This document shows, piece after piece, positions 52,445 to 62,379 of a DNA stretch of 64,000 nt. Source of the DNA: Bryobacterales bacterium (lineage in GTDB: Bacteria; Acidobacteriota; Terriglobia; Bryobacterales; UBA6623); contig JAWKHJ010000013.1 of the NCBI GenBank assembly GCA_041394905.1, forward strand, positions 49,306 to 113,305, written 5' to 3'. Numbering within the stretch: the stretch's first letter is position 1; every line of letters begins with the position of its first letter. Below the pieces are notes generated by a model. That model had not been told where the DNA came from. It searched no databases and saw only the letters and a program-made list of their open reading frames with translations. The translations under genes and the position numbers were made by a program.

Positions 52445-54137
52445 CTACCCGCTCTCGGCGTCTTTCACAGCCGAGGCGATGCCATAAGCCGCGTGTACGT
52501 CACGCAGCAGCGTGATGACGCCCAGCAATTGGTTGGAGTTCGCACGGCTGACGACGGGCAGGATGGGGTGCAGTTGCCCAACAGCCGTAGAGCCGAATCG
52601 AGCGATAGATCGGGTACAGCCGATCGACGGTCCGCAGCGGCAGCGCGCGATAGACGGTCTTGTCCGAATCGCCGCTCTCGATCGCTTTCTCGAGATCGTC
52701 CTTCTTCGCCCAGAACCAGCCCTTGCCGTAGACCGACACCAGACAGTGCTCCACGCTCTTGGTGCAGCCTCTCGAACGCCTCAGCCACGCGCATGCTGCC
52801 CGGCATCACCGCCGCCGAGCCCGAGCGCATCGCGTCCTCCACGCTCAGCGGCAAGGCTTCGCGTTGCTCTTCCACCGAAGGCAGATCGAAGCCGTCCTGG
52901 CGTCCCACGATTTGGAACAGCGACTCATGCTGCAAGTGGCGGGAGATCAGGAACGAGATCGTATTGGCGATCATCACGGGCAAGATGATCACGTAGTTCG
53001 CGCTGATCTCGAACACCATGAAGATTGACGTCATCGGCGCTCGAAACAGTCCGGCGAAGAACGTCCCGATGCCGACCAGAACGTAAGCGCCGGCCGAGCT
53101 CGTGGCAAACGGCCAGTATTCGTGCGCTAAGCCGCCCAGGCCTCCGCCGATCATGGCCCCGATGAACAGCGCCGGCGCGAACATGCCGCCCGGCGTTCCG
53201 GCCGAGACGCAGAGCGCCGTCGAGGCCATTTTCAAGCCGCCCAGCAGCAGCAGGAAGTGCCAGACGTAGCGGTCGTGCAATGCACTGTCGATCGCGCCAT
53301 AGCCGGCTCCGAAGACTTCGGGAATCCAAATTCCGACCACGCCGACGGCTAACCCTGCGAGAAACGGCATCAGGAATACGGCCTTACGCGGCAGGGATTT
53401 CGCACGTTCACGGACGTGCGCGACGAAACGCGTGAAACCGGCCGAGAGGTACCCGCTCAGCACCCCGACGAGCGCGTAAACGATCAGCTCGCGGTAGTCG
53501 GTGAGGAAGAACTCCGGCACGCTGTAAAGCGGCTCGTCGCCCAAAAACCAGCGGCTCACCACCACGGCCGAGACCGCGGCGAGCACGATAGAGCCCAGCA
53601 CGCCCGCGTTCCATGCCGCAACGACCTCTTCCATGACGAACAGCACCGCCGTAATCGTGGCGTGTTGAACGCCGCTCCGATGCCCGCCGCCGCGCCCACC
53701 GGCGCAATTAGCCGCATGTGCTCGCGAGTCAACCGGAACAGACGCCCCAACAGCGACGCAATGCCCGCGCCCATCTGCAGCGCCGGGTCCTCCGGACCCA
53801 TCGGGTTGCCGGCGCCGATCGAAAATCGTGCTGCACAGAAACTTGCCCGTCACACCGCTGAACGGCATGTATCCGTCCGAGACGTAAAAAAGCGCAGCCT
53901 TGGTGTAGTTAACTCCGCTGCCGCGGGCGGTGGGAAACAGAAAGTAGGCCAGCGCAAACGAAACCACGCCGCCCACCGCCGGCCACAGCGCTACCGCCCA
54001 CCAGGCGCGGTGGCCCAGCCCGTGGACCGTGCGCCAATTGAAGAACTCGATCGAGATGTGGAAGCACACCACGATCAGGCCCGCGAAGATCCCGATGAGA
54101 TGATCGACAGCAGCAGGAAGCGCTGCGTGTCTCCCAT
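52445..54137 (-). pseudogene. ClC-family chloride channel with C-terminal CBS pair, about six frame changes
   Basis: The 535-aa ORF 52465..54072 contains good ClC sequence (GSGVNYTKA.., GTPGGMFAPALFIGAMIGG, FRAPMTSIFMVFEI) interrupted by nonsense stretches. The missing pieces are readable in other frames. These are GPEDPALQMGAGIASLLGR..APVGAAAGIGAAFNTP (ORF 53556..53801), CBS segments in ORF 52500..52754, and the final ..HPILPVVSR..LLGVITLLRDV..DAESG, with the stop at 52445-52447. Start MGDTQRF at 54137. The same frame is open further upstream, so the true start may be earlier. Confidence 0.8.
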
Positions 54138-54402
54138 CACAGGCCCGTGCCCGCTGAGCTCACGCAGTCGCGAGGCCAGACGTTTGAGGTTGAATGCTTG
54201 GGCCGCAGCGTCATCGGTCCAGGTCTTGCATCACCCGGCGCAAGACGTCATCCTCATTCCAAACGCCGCGGCACACTTGGGCGCGCAAGGACCACAACGT
54301 GGAAGACAAAAGCAGGTTTGTTTCCGTATCGGCCGCCATGTCGCTCGTGCGACGGGTCTCGCTCAAGCGTTGGTTTGCTGTGGCGAGCAGATCGCGTACC
54401 GC

Positions 54403-54420
54403 CTGCGGCTGCGGCTGCGG
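54403..54420. repeat. hexanucleotide tandem repeat (CTGCGG)x3
   Basis: Read directly. It lies in an unresolved coding stretch between the TPR gene and the ClC gene and encodes PQPQPQ on the minus strand. Confidence 0.6.
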
Positions 54421-54533
54421 TGGGCCCGCACGCTGATCGCCCAGCGGATTTCCGCGCATTCGCCGATGTAGCGGTAAACCCGCTGCAGTACGTCACGGCT
54501 CCGGCGTAGCCGCTCCGTGCCTGAGAGTCCGCG

Positions 54534-54835
54534 TTACAGGTGCGGGTCGAGCTCCAGGACGCGCCGAATCACGTCGATCGTATTGTGCAGCGAGTCGTCC
54601 CCCGGTCGCGCGCGGTCGGCGCGCTCCAGGAAGCGATAGGCGTCCTGATAGTCGCCGATCTGCATTTTGGCCATACCGATCGCTTCGAGCACTTCCGGGT
54701 CGTTTCCGTCGGCGAGTTCGAGAGAGCTTCGAGCGCTTCGCGCGGCGCGCCGGAGTCCAGCAGGCCCAGGCCGACCCTCCGAGCCAGCGCAGGCGTGTGC
54801 GGCTCTTCCTCCCAAATTGCCAGATACTCACTCAC
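54534..54835 (-). pseudogene. TPR-repeat protein (or C-terminal part of the upstream TPR gene), one frame change near 54700-54730
   Basis: ORF 54569..54835 (MSEYLAIWEEEPHTPALARRVGLGLLDSGAPREALEAL) switches to ORF 54534..54815 (..LELADGNDPEVLEAIGMAKMQIGDYQDAYRFLERADRARPGD..). The GTG start overlaps the upstream stop (GTGA). Confidence 0.5.
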
Positions 54836-55536
54836 GACTTGCGCTGCGCCGCCATGCCGCTCGAAAGCAGATCCACGAGCTCGAATCGAGTGGCCAAGCG
54901 ATTTTGCTCAGTGTTCCGCGGCCATCGACCATAGATGGCGGTGCGATAGTAGTTCGCCGCCTGGCTGAAGCGCCCGCCGCGCGCCGCCAGCCGCGCGAGC
55001 AGACGGTTCGCCGTTGCGTCCGTAGGCTGTTGGCTGCGCAGCTCGAGCAATTGGTATTCGGCTTCCTGATAGCGCTTGCCATGGAATAGAGCCAACGCCA
55101 GCCCCAGCCGGTAGTCGAAGTTGTCGCGTTGGTAAATGAGGGCGTCGCTGAATTGGTCGATCGCCCGATCGTAATAGCCATAGTCGGCCAGAGTGCGCCC
55201 AAGCAGGTAGTGCTCATGCGCGCGCTTCAAGCGCTCCTGATCGAACGCACGGTTGTACGCGGCCGCCCCGGCCATCAGCGCAAGCATCACGATGAAGACC
55301 GCCGCCAAAACCTGCGGCGTCGCCCCGACCGAAGCGCTCGCATGGGACTTGCAGTGCGGGCACTCGGCGCCAGCATGGGGAATCGGGTTGTGGCAGATGA
55401 GGCAGACAAACCGAGATGGCGGATTACTCCTTAACAGGATAAGGCCTAACGCGCCTCTGGTCCGAACCCTGCGCCCTGAGTCCGTCTCCGCACTGATCGG
55501 ATGCGCACTCAGACGAGCCCGACCAGCCGCCGCCAA
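54832..55536 (-). CDS. zinc-ribbon / single-TM / TPR protein
   Basis: CLICHNPIPHAGAECPHC (CxxC..CxxC), TM VLAAVFIVMLALMAGAAAY, then TPR-like repeats (..YGYYDRAIDQFSDAL..GKRYQEAEYQLLEL..). The start is uncertain: TTG 55536 is the only in-frame start. Confidence 0.6.
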   Translation of the reverse strand: MAAAGRARLSAHPISAETDSGRRVRTRGALGLILLRSNPPSRFVCLICHNPIPHAGAECPHCKSHASASVGATPQVLAAVFIVMLALMAGAAAYNRAFDQERLKRAHEHYLLGRTLADYGYYDRAIDQFSDALIYQRDNFDYRLGLALALFHGKRYQEAEYQLLELRSQQPTDATANRLLARLAARGGRFSQAANYYRTAIYGRWPRNTEQNRLATRFELVDLLSSGMAAQRKS

Positions 55537-56754
55537 CCTGCCGGCCGCGCCGCGCTCATTTCCTGCATTCTAATGAAACTCGCGCCATCGAGCGAAACTG
55601 CCGCGCCGGCTGCGAGCTGGCCGACGCGAGGCTGGTCCGAGTAGGCCGAGCTGATTTCGATGTAATCGTTGTCGATCGAAAAACTCACTCGCGAGCCGAT
55701 GGCCTTTTTCCGCCGTGGCCGCCTCGATCGCGCGCTTGGCCCCGGCGCGATTCAAGGTGACGCGCAGCTTGTCCGCGCCGATCTCGAGGGCCGCGAGGTC
55801 GGCAAGACGCCGCCGCGCCAGAAACAGCGACCGCGCCTCCGGCGTGCAGACCAGGAATACCAAGTCCGCCTGCGGCAACAGCGCCCGCGAGGACGCGAAC
55901 AGCGTGGGCGGCAAGTCGAGCACGACCCAGGCATAGGTCGAAGCGGCCGCCTCGATCACCCGCCGCAAACCGGCAAGTAGTCCCTCCGAGATGTGCGTAT
56001 CTGGCGGAGGCGGCGCCAACAGGTCCAGGCCATTCCAGGACGTGGTGATCTTGCGCCAATAGGCCGGAGACGCCGATGCGCCTTCCAGCGCATCGAGCAG
56101 CGTGTAGGCCGGCCGCTTGTTCAACCAGAAGGAGGCCGAGTCAGAATGGAAGTCCAGGTCGATCAGCAATACCTGCGCCGCCGACTTGCCGCCTTCCTGC
56201 GGAAGCTCCGCCGCCAGCGCCGCGGCAAAGTGGATGGCCGCGGTCGAGGCGCCATTGCCGCCCTGCGCGGGCAGAAACGCGGCGATCTTGCCTCCTCCTC
56301 CGCCGTCATTGCGACCTTCCCCGCCCAGCAGTTGCGCCGCCGCCGTCAGGTCATACGGCGGGCTGAGCACATCGGAGGCGCCGGCGCGTAAAGCCGGCAG
56401 CAGGGCTTCGGCCCGCGGCGTCTCGCTGGTCGCTAGCAGCAGCGCGTTCGGCGTTACGCGTGCGGCGATCCCGAGGAGGGCGTTGGCTCGAATGGGGTCC
56501 TGCAAGTCGATCGTCACGCAGGCGATGTCGTCGCAATTCTCGTCCAGGAACGCCTCGAGATATTCGCACGAGGGGTATGAGTGCAGGGCGATCGGCTCGA
56601 TCGTGCTGCCCGCCCGTCCCTCTTCCTCCACCAACCGCTCGAACCTAGCAAGCACCGCATCGGGGCAGGCGATGAAAACGAAGACCGGCGGGTGGGCCAC
56701 CCGCCTTTCCGCGGAGGCCTCGGACCGAACAGCTTGGGTGGGGGCGGTCCGCAT
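55509..56754 (-). pseudogene. TadZ/CpaE-like protein (receiver-like N-domain + ParA/MinD-like domain with lysine-less Walker A), frame change at an A5/T5 run (55705-55709)
   Basis: AAFLPAQGGNGASTAAIHFAAALA stands where KGGxGK[ST] is expected. LIDLDFHSDSASFWL and VVLDLPP..ADLVFLVCTPE fit CpaE. After ..AIEAATAEK the C-terminus continues in another frame (AIGSRVSFSIDNDYIEISSAY..). Confidence 0.65.
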
Positions 56755-56903
56755 TTCTCAATTGGGAAAGTACCATGACCCGCTTTCAGCCGCCAACGGA
56801 ACTACAGTACCGTTTTGACCTCAAATTTCACTGCGCTCTTTCTAGGTATATTCACCGAGCCGGTACTATGCCCACCCGCCTCAAACGGGGGCGCCGGTCC
56901 TGC

Positions 56904-58402
56904 CTAGTCACGCCAATCATCGGTGCGAAATGGCGATGCAGGCAAACCATCCCGGTTGAACAGGCTGACTTGCGGATCGGCCGCCCAGGCGTAGCGTGCG
57001 GCGATTGGATGAGCGACGTGCGGGCTCGAAACCGTCACCGTTTTTCCGTCCGTTTCGGCGTCCGCCGCGTGGAAGCGGCCGTCGGGCCCGGCCACCTGAA
57101 AACCCTTACCTCCATCTCGCAAGACCAATCCGGACCCCACGTGATCGAACCACAGCTTTAACTTGCCATTTTCTGTCGTAAATTGACGATACATCGGTCC
57201 GGAATAGACCAGATCGCGCTCACCATAAGCGACCGAACGAGCGGCCAGCGCCAGTCGTTTCCCCACGTCCTGCTTGTTCTTCGGGTGGATGTCGGTCGGG
57301 TTGCCCACGTCGATCGAAACAGCCATGCCGGTGTCGGCCAGACCCAGGGTCTTGGTCTGTGATTCGCGGAGCTCGGGCCACTGAGAGGTCTCCGGTACGC
57401 GTCCGTAGTTAGCAAGCTGGACGAACAGGAACGGCAGCGCGCCGGACTGCCACTTGCGGCGCCAGCTTTCGATCATGGTCTTGAACAGCCGCTCGTAGAG
57501 ATATCCCTGGCGCGTGTTGGCATTGTTCTCGCCCTGGTACCAGATCACGCCTCGCACCGGGAACGGCGTCAGCGGGGCGATCATCGCGTTGTAAAGCACG
57601 GCCGGCTGGTGCTGGTTGCCGGGGCCGCGTGGCGGCTGCGGCTGGCGCGCGGGCGTCTTCCCGGCCTTGCGAGCGGCTGCGGCTTCCTCCTTCCAGCGAT
57701 CGAGAGCTTCCTCGTAGCGCACCATCGCGCGCGGGTAAGCGTCGAGCGTCTCACGCCAATGTCGATGACCTGGTGCAACGCGGGGTCGCCGTCGAGCTCT
57801 TCGTAGGGCGTCCAGGCCTGAGCAGGGGTCCCGCCCCAGGCCGACTGGATGAAGCCGATCGGCCCGCCAAGCTTCTGATGGAGGTCCCGCGAGAAGAAGT
57901 AGCCGACGCCCGAGATGTCTCCTGCGGTCTGCGGACTGCAGGCCACCCACTCGCCCTCGACATCCTGCTTGGGCTCCGACGCCGTCTCGAGCTTCACCTT
58001 GAAGATTCGAATCTCTGGAAAGCTCGCCGCCGCGATCTCCTTGTCAGCGTCGTTCGCATTCTTCACCGGGAAGACCATGTTGGACTGGCCCGAGCCGACC
58101 CAAACTTCTCCTACGAGCACGTCGTCCAGTCGGATCCGGTTCCTGCCCGCAATCTCCACCGTATCCGGACCGCCAGCGGCCTCTGGGTTTAGGTAGAGGC
58201 TCCACCGTCCGTCGGCCTCCGCCGTCGTCGAGGCGCTCTGGCCGCGAAACTTCACCTCCACCTTCTCGCCGGGGTCGGCCCAACCCCAAAAATGGAGCGG
58301 CATCTGAGCCTGCAACGCCATGTGGTCGCCCAGAATTGCAGGCAGGCGCACATCGGCTGTGGCCAACAGCGGAAAGACGAGGAAAAGGAGCAGTCTGCGC
58401 AT
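56904..58402 (-). pseudogene. secreted sialate O-acetylesterase-like (SGNH/DUF303) esterase, one frame change near 57760-57790
   Basis: MRRLLLFLVFPLLATADVRLP..VWVGSGQSNM (GSGQSNM catalytic motif) lies in ORF 57581..58510. ..VIWYQGENN..FLFVQLANY..IDVGNPTDIHPKNKQDVGKRLA lies in ORF 56904..57950. Confidence 0.8.
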
Positions 58403-58430
58403 CGGCTGGCATTGTGGCACAGTTGGATGT

Positions 58431-60998
58431 TTGCGGGAGGGCGCAACTACAGCCAAAGCCGTTGGCCGGAGCACGAGCGCGGGGGATGCGACGCTCGTCT
58501 CGGTCGTCATTCCGGCCTACAATCCTGAGGGGTTTCTGCTCGAAGCCGTCGCGAGCGTCGAGAAGCAGACTCACCCCGCGTGGGAATGCGTGATCGTCGA
58601 CGACGGCAGCGACAAGTCCGAGTCGCGCGCCATTCTCGAAGCGCTCGAAGCCCGCCGAAATCCGCGTCTCCGCGTTGTGCGTCAAGCCAACCGCGGCGCC
58701 GCGGCGGCGCGCAACACGGGCTTCCGAGTCGCCTCCGGCCGCTACATCGTGCCGCTCGACTGTGACGACCTGCTCGAGCCCGAGATGATCGAGCTCTGCT
58801 TGGCCGAGCTCGAGCGAGACCCGTCCTGCGGCTTCATTTACTTCGACTACCGCGTTTTCGGCGACGAGAACTACCTGCAGCAGCCCGGCGAGTACAACCT
58901 CTACCGCTTGCTTGATGAGAATTTTCTTCCCTCGTGCTGTCTGGTGGACAAACGCGCCTGGGAATCCGTCGGCGGCTATGACGAGTGGCATCGTTGGAGC
59001 TACGAGGATTGGAGCTTCTTCCTCAACCTCGGCAAGCGTGGCTACTTCGGCCGATACATTCCGAAGCCGCTCTACCGCTACCGCAAGCACGGCCCGGGCC
59101 TGCACGAGACCGGCGTCGAGCGACACGAGGCTAACCGTGCGCACATGGTCGAGGCCCACCCCGAGCTCCTCTCACCCCAGGGACGGCTGGCGGTCAAGCG
59201 CCGCTGGGCCCCGTCGATCTGCGTAGCCGCGGCCGGCGACGCTCCTGACTTGCGCGGCCAGACCTTGCAGGACTACCACCTCCTCGTCGACGTCAACGAG
59301 CGCGAGATTCCGTCCCAAACGACTGCCCCCGTCTTTCTCTGGCTGGAGGGCGGAGGGCGTCTGCGGCCGCAAACCCTCGAAGAGTGCGTGTGGGCCCTGC
59401 AAACCGCCGATTGGGTGAGCTGGAAGGACACAGGCGACGCGCCGCCGCCGACCTTGGCCGGCGCCGCTGGGCCGCTTGGCGTCTCGCGCGCCATGTTCGA
59501 AGCGCCCGAGCCGAAGCCCTCCGGTCATTTGCGACGTCTGCCCTGGCGCAGCCGTTCGAGCGCGCCGCCCGCGCCGCCGGCGCCGTCCGCGACTCCGCCG
59601 CTGCCTAGCCAACCCGCCGCCCTGAGCGAAACGGGCTTCTGGGGGCGCTTGCACCGCCATCTCTACAACGCCGAGGTCCTCTCCTTCGAGGCTTGGTTAC
59701 GCCATCCGCTGCGCTCGGCCGCGCGCCTCATCCCGTTGCGCCTCAAGGAGCGGATCAACCACGCCGCCGGCCGTCCTGTCTTCGACCTGTCTTTCTATCT
59801 GCGCTTTCAGCCGCGCTCGGCGTTGGTCGCTGGCGGCCTCGTTCAACGCACGGAATACCTCACGCCACAGCCCGTCCCAGGCAAGCGCAGGCTTGCGCTG
59901 TTGACGCCCCATCTCGGCGTGGGCGGCGCCGAGAGCGTCCTCCTCGAGGTCGCCGGGCAGGTCGACCGAACCCGTTGGGAGGTGCTCGTGATCGCCACGC
60001 AATCGCGCGACCGCCGCCTGCTGCCGGAATGGCTCACGGTCGCCGACTACGTCTACGACCTGGGCAAGCTCATGCCCATGGAGCATGTGCCGGGCGCGGT
60101 CTATTCGATGGCGCTCAATTGGGGGTTCGACGCGATCGTCGTGCAGAACTCGCTCGCAGCCTACAGTGCGCTGCCCGCGATCAAACAGAAACGCCCGCGC
60201 ACACGAATCGTGGATCTGCTGCATGCCGTCGATCCAGAGTGGGACTTCTTCTCCGCCACTCTCGATGTCGCCGATGCGATCGACCTACGCGTTGCGATCT
60301 CTGAGGCCGGCCGCGAACGGTTGATCGAAATGCAGACGCCCGAAGAGGCGATCCGCGTAATCCCGAACGGCGTCGATCTCGACCGCTTCGAGCCAAGCCG
60401 TTTCGACCGCGCCGAATTACGTCGCGAATGGAACATCCCTGCGCGGGCCTTCGTCGTCGCGTTCGTCGGCCGATTGGATCGCGTCAAACGTCCTTTGCTG
60501 CTGGCGGATGTCGCCCGCGAGTTGGACCGCCTCGAAGCCGACGAGGTCGTCTTCCTTGTTGCAGGGGACGGGCCTGAGCACGAGCCGCTCATCAGCCGCA
60601 TCTCCGCCATCGGCGTCGACCGCAGCTTCCGCGTCCTGGGGCATGTGGATGCGCCGGAGGAAGTCTTGGCGGCGGCGGACCTGCTCATCCTCACCTCCGA
60701 GGCGGAGGGCGTGCCTCTGGCCCTGCTCGAATCCCTCGCGATGCGGACTCCCGTGCTCGCTTGCCGGGCCGGCGCCATCGAGGAGGCTTTGTCCGAGGAT
60801 TGCGGCGTGCTGGTTGAGCCGGGCCGCGACGAAGCTGTGCGACTGGCGGAGGAGATCGTCGAGCTCAGCGCCGATTCGCAGCGGCTCGAGGCTATGGGCG
60901 AGGCTGGCAGGCGTTACGTGGCGGCCGAGCATGCGCTCTCGACCGCCCAAGCGGGCTATCGTGGCGTGCTTGCAGAATTGATTGGCGGAGAAAACTAG
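58431..60998 (+). CDS. fused glycosyltransferase: N-terminal GT2, Pro-rich linker/middle region, C-terminal GT4
   Basis: VSVVIPAYNPEGFLLEAVASV..VIVDDGSDK..PLDCDD is the GT2 part. The linker reads SSAPPAPPAPSATPPLPSQP. LALLTPHLGVGGAE..LILTSEAEGVPLALLESLAMRTPVLA is the GT4 part. TTG 58431 is the first in-frame start that does not overlap the divergent esterase gene (ORF track starts at 58320). Confidence 0.85.
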   Translation: MREGATTAKAVGRSTSAGDATLVSVVIPAYNPEGFLLEAVASVEKQTHPAWECVIVDDGSDKSESRAILEALEARRNPRLRVVRQANRGAAAARNTGFRVASGRYIVPLDCDDLLEPEMIELCLAELERDPSCGFIYFDYRVFGDENYLQQPGEYNLYRLLDENFLPSCCLVDKRAWESVGGYDEWHRWSYEDWSFFLNLGKRGYFGRYIPKPLYRYRKHGPGLHETGVERHEANRAHMVEAHPELLSPQGRLAVKRRWAPSICVAAAGDAPDLRGQTLQDYHLLVDVNEREIPSQTTAPVFLWLEGGGRLRPQTLEECVWALQTADWVSWKDTGDAPPPTLAGAAGPLGVSRAMFEAPEPKPSGHLRRLPWRSRSSAPPAPPAPSATPPLPSQPAALSETGFWGRLHRHLYNAEVLSFEAWLRHPLRSAARLIPLRLKERINHAAGRPVFDLSFYLRFQPRSALVAGGLVQRTEYLTPQPVPGKRRLALLTPHLGVGGAESVLLEVAGQVDRTRWEVLVIATQSRDRRLLPEWLTVADYVYDLGKLMPMEHVPGAVYSMALNWGFDAIVVQNSLAAYSALPAIKQKRPRTRIVDLLHAVDPEWDFFSATLDVADAIDLRVAISEAGRERLIEMQTPEEAIRVIPNGVDLDRFEPSRFDRAELRREWNIPARAFVVAFVGRLDRVKRPLLLADVARELDRLEADEVVFLVAGDGPEHEPLISRISAIGVDRSFRVLGHVDAPEEVLAAADLLILTSEAEGVPLALLESLAMRTPVLACRAGAIEEALSEDCGVLVEPGRDEAVRLAEEIVELSADSQRLEAMGEAGRRYVAAEHALSTAQAGYRGVLAELIGGEN

Positions 60999-61010
60999 CC
61001 GCCCACGGCG

Positions 61011-61877
61011 CTAAGCCGTCGCCTTCTTACGGCTGGCCGCCTTGCGCGACTTTGCCTTGGTCGTCTTCTTCGGAGCTTCGGAGGTCTCGGCTCGCTGCGG
61101 GCTTTTTTTTTCCGCCTTTTCGCCAAGCGACTTCTGCAAGGCCTCCATTAAGTCCACCACCGGAGCAAGCCGTCGCGTTGGCTCGGCTTCGGATTCACGG
61201 CCCTCGATCTTGGCGTTGATCATCTCCTGCACCTTCGTGCGGTAGGAGTCGGAGAACTCTTCCGGATCGAACGGCTTGGCGAGGCTGTCAATGAGCTGCT
61301 CAGCCAGCTTCAGCTCCTGGTCCTTGATCTCGACGTCTGTGATCGGTCCGTACTCGGAGATGTCGCGCACCTCGTCGGCGTAGAACATCGTGTGCAGCGT
61401 CATGCCGCCCTTGTAGGGCCGCACCACCACCGTGTGCTCACGCTGGTGCATCGAGATTTTGGCGATCGCGCAGTAGCCGGACTCCTGCATCGCCTTCGTC
61501 AGCAAGGCGTACGGTTTGCGGCCTGCTTCGTCCGGGGTCGTGTAGTAGGAGGAATCGAAGTAGAGCGGATCGATCTCGTCGATCTTCACGAACTCCAGGA
61601 TCTCCATCGTCGAGCTCGACTGCGGGGCGATCTTCTTGATCTCCTCGTCGTCGATCAGGATGTACTCGTCCTTGGCGACTTCGTAGCCCTTGGCCAGCTC
61701 TTTGCGTTCCACCACCCGGTCGAGCTCAGGGGAGTAAAGCTGCTGCTTGATCGGCTGCATCGTCTCCTTCACGATCTGCCGAAAGCTGATTCGCTCCGGC
61801 CGAGCGGCTGCGTAAAGCCGGATCGGGATCGAGATCAAGCCGAAGCTCAGATAACCTTTCCAAACGGTGGAAGCCAT
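61011..61877 (-). CDS. ku: Ku protein (NHEJ DNA-end-binding)
   Basis: MASTVWKGYLSFGLISIPIRLYAA.. is the canonical bacterial Ku N-terminus. Lys-rich C-terminal tail. GGAGA lies upstream of ATG 61877. No ligD in the window. Confidence 0.92.
   Translation of the reverse strand: MASTVWKGYLSFGLISIPIRLYAAARPERISFRQIVKETMQPIKQQLYSPELDRVVERKELAKGYEVAKDEYILIDDEEIKKIAPQSSSTMEILEFVKIDEIDPLYFDSSYYTTPDEAGRKPYALLTKAMQESGYCAIAKISMHQREHTVVVRPYKGGMTLHTMFYADEVRDISEYGPITDVEIKDQELKLAEQLIDSLAKPFDPEEFSDSYRTKVQEMINAKIEGRESEAEPTRRLAPVVDLMEALQKSLGEKAEKKSPQRAETSEAPKKTTKAKSRKAASRKKATA
61103..61111. repeat. T9/A9 homopolymer inside the ku tail coding region
   Basis: Read directly (gcTTTTTTTTTcc). It encodes AEKKS on the minus strand. 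Confidence 0.9.
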
Positions 61878-61965
61878 AGGGGTCTCCAGCAAGGAGATGG
61901 TACACCAACCCGCCCTGTTGCGCCCAAATGAGCCTGAAAATGTTTCAACCAGAGTCGAGTCTTTG

Positions 61966-62379
61966 CTAGTCGGAGATCAGCACGTTCGGACTCCCCGTGA
62001 TGAGTCGCCCGATCCCACCGCAGTGCTGAGCCTCGTCGCCTTGGCGGTGCGCTGGGCGGTCGTTGATGAAGACCGACCGGCTGCCGGCGATCGCTTGCCA
62101 GGTGTTCGGGCCGCAACAAGCCGCATGCGTGCCCATGTCCCCCAGGCGGAGGGCCGGCCGGTCGTTGATGAACACCGTGGGCGAACCTGTCATAGCCGGG
62201 CCCACACACATGTGCGGGCAGGCCGGGCAGCCATGCGCGTCCACTGAGGCCCGCGACAAGTCAGCCACACGCCCTGCGGGCTTGCCTATTCCGTCGCCCA
62301 CGCGCGCCGAGGGCCGGCCCTCTTCAGGGAAACGCGCGAGCGCCTTGTCCCCCGGCAACTTGATCGGGAAGCTACTCAT
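61966..62379 (-). CDS. PAAR-domain protein
   Basis: From ATG 62379 the ORF is 137 aa. Four PAAR-type motifs (RPSARVGD, KPAGRVAD, RPALRLGD, RPAHRQGD). Cys/His pattern HGCPACPH, THAACCGPN, QHCGG. GSPTVFIN / GSRSVFIN / GSPNVLI strands. Confidence 0.8.
   Translation of the reverse strand: MSSFPIKLPGDKALARFPEEGRPSARVGDGIGKPAGRVADLSRASVDAHGCPACPHMCVGPAMTGSPTVFINDRPALRLGDMGTHAACCGPNTWQAIAGSRSVFINDRPAHRQGDEAQHCGGIGRLITGSPNVLISD

Noticed and set aside
54832-54835. Treating the two TPR ORFs (54832..55536 and 54534..54835) as one gene broken by a frameshift.
   Set aside because: The junction is a clean GTGA stop/start overlap of the kind seen elsewhere in this window between separate genes (41438, 9008). 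I cannot decide from sequence alone, so they are reported as two features.
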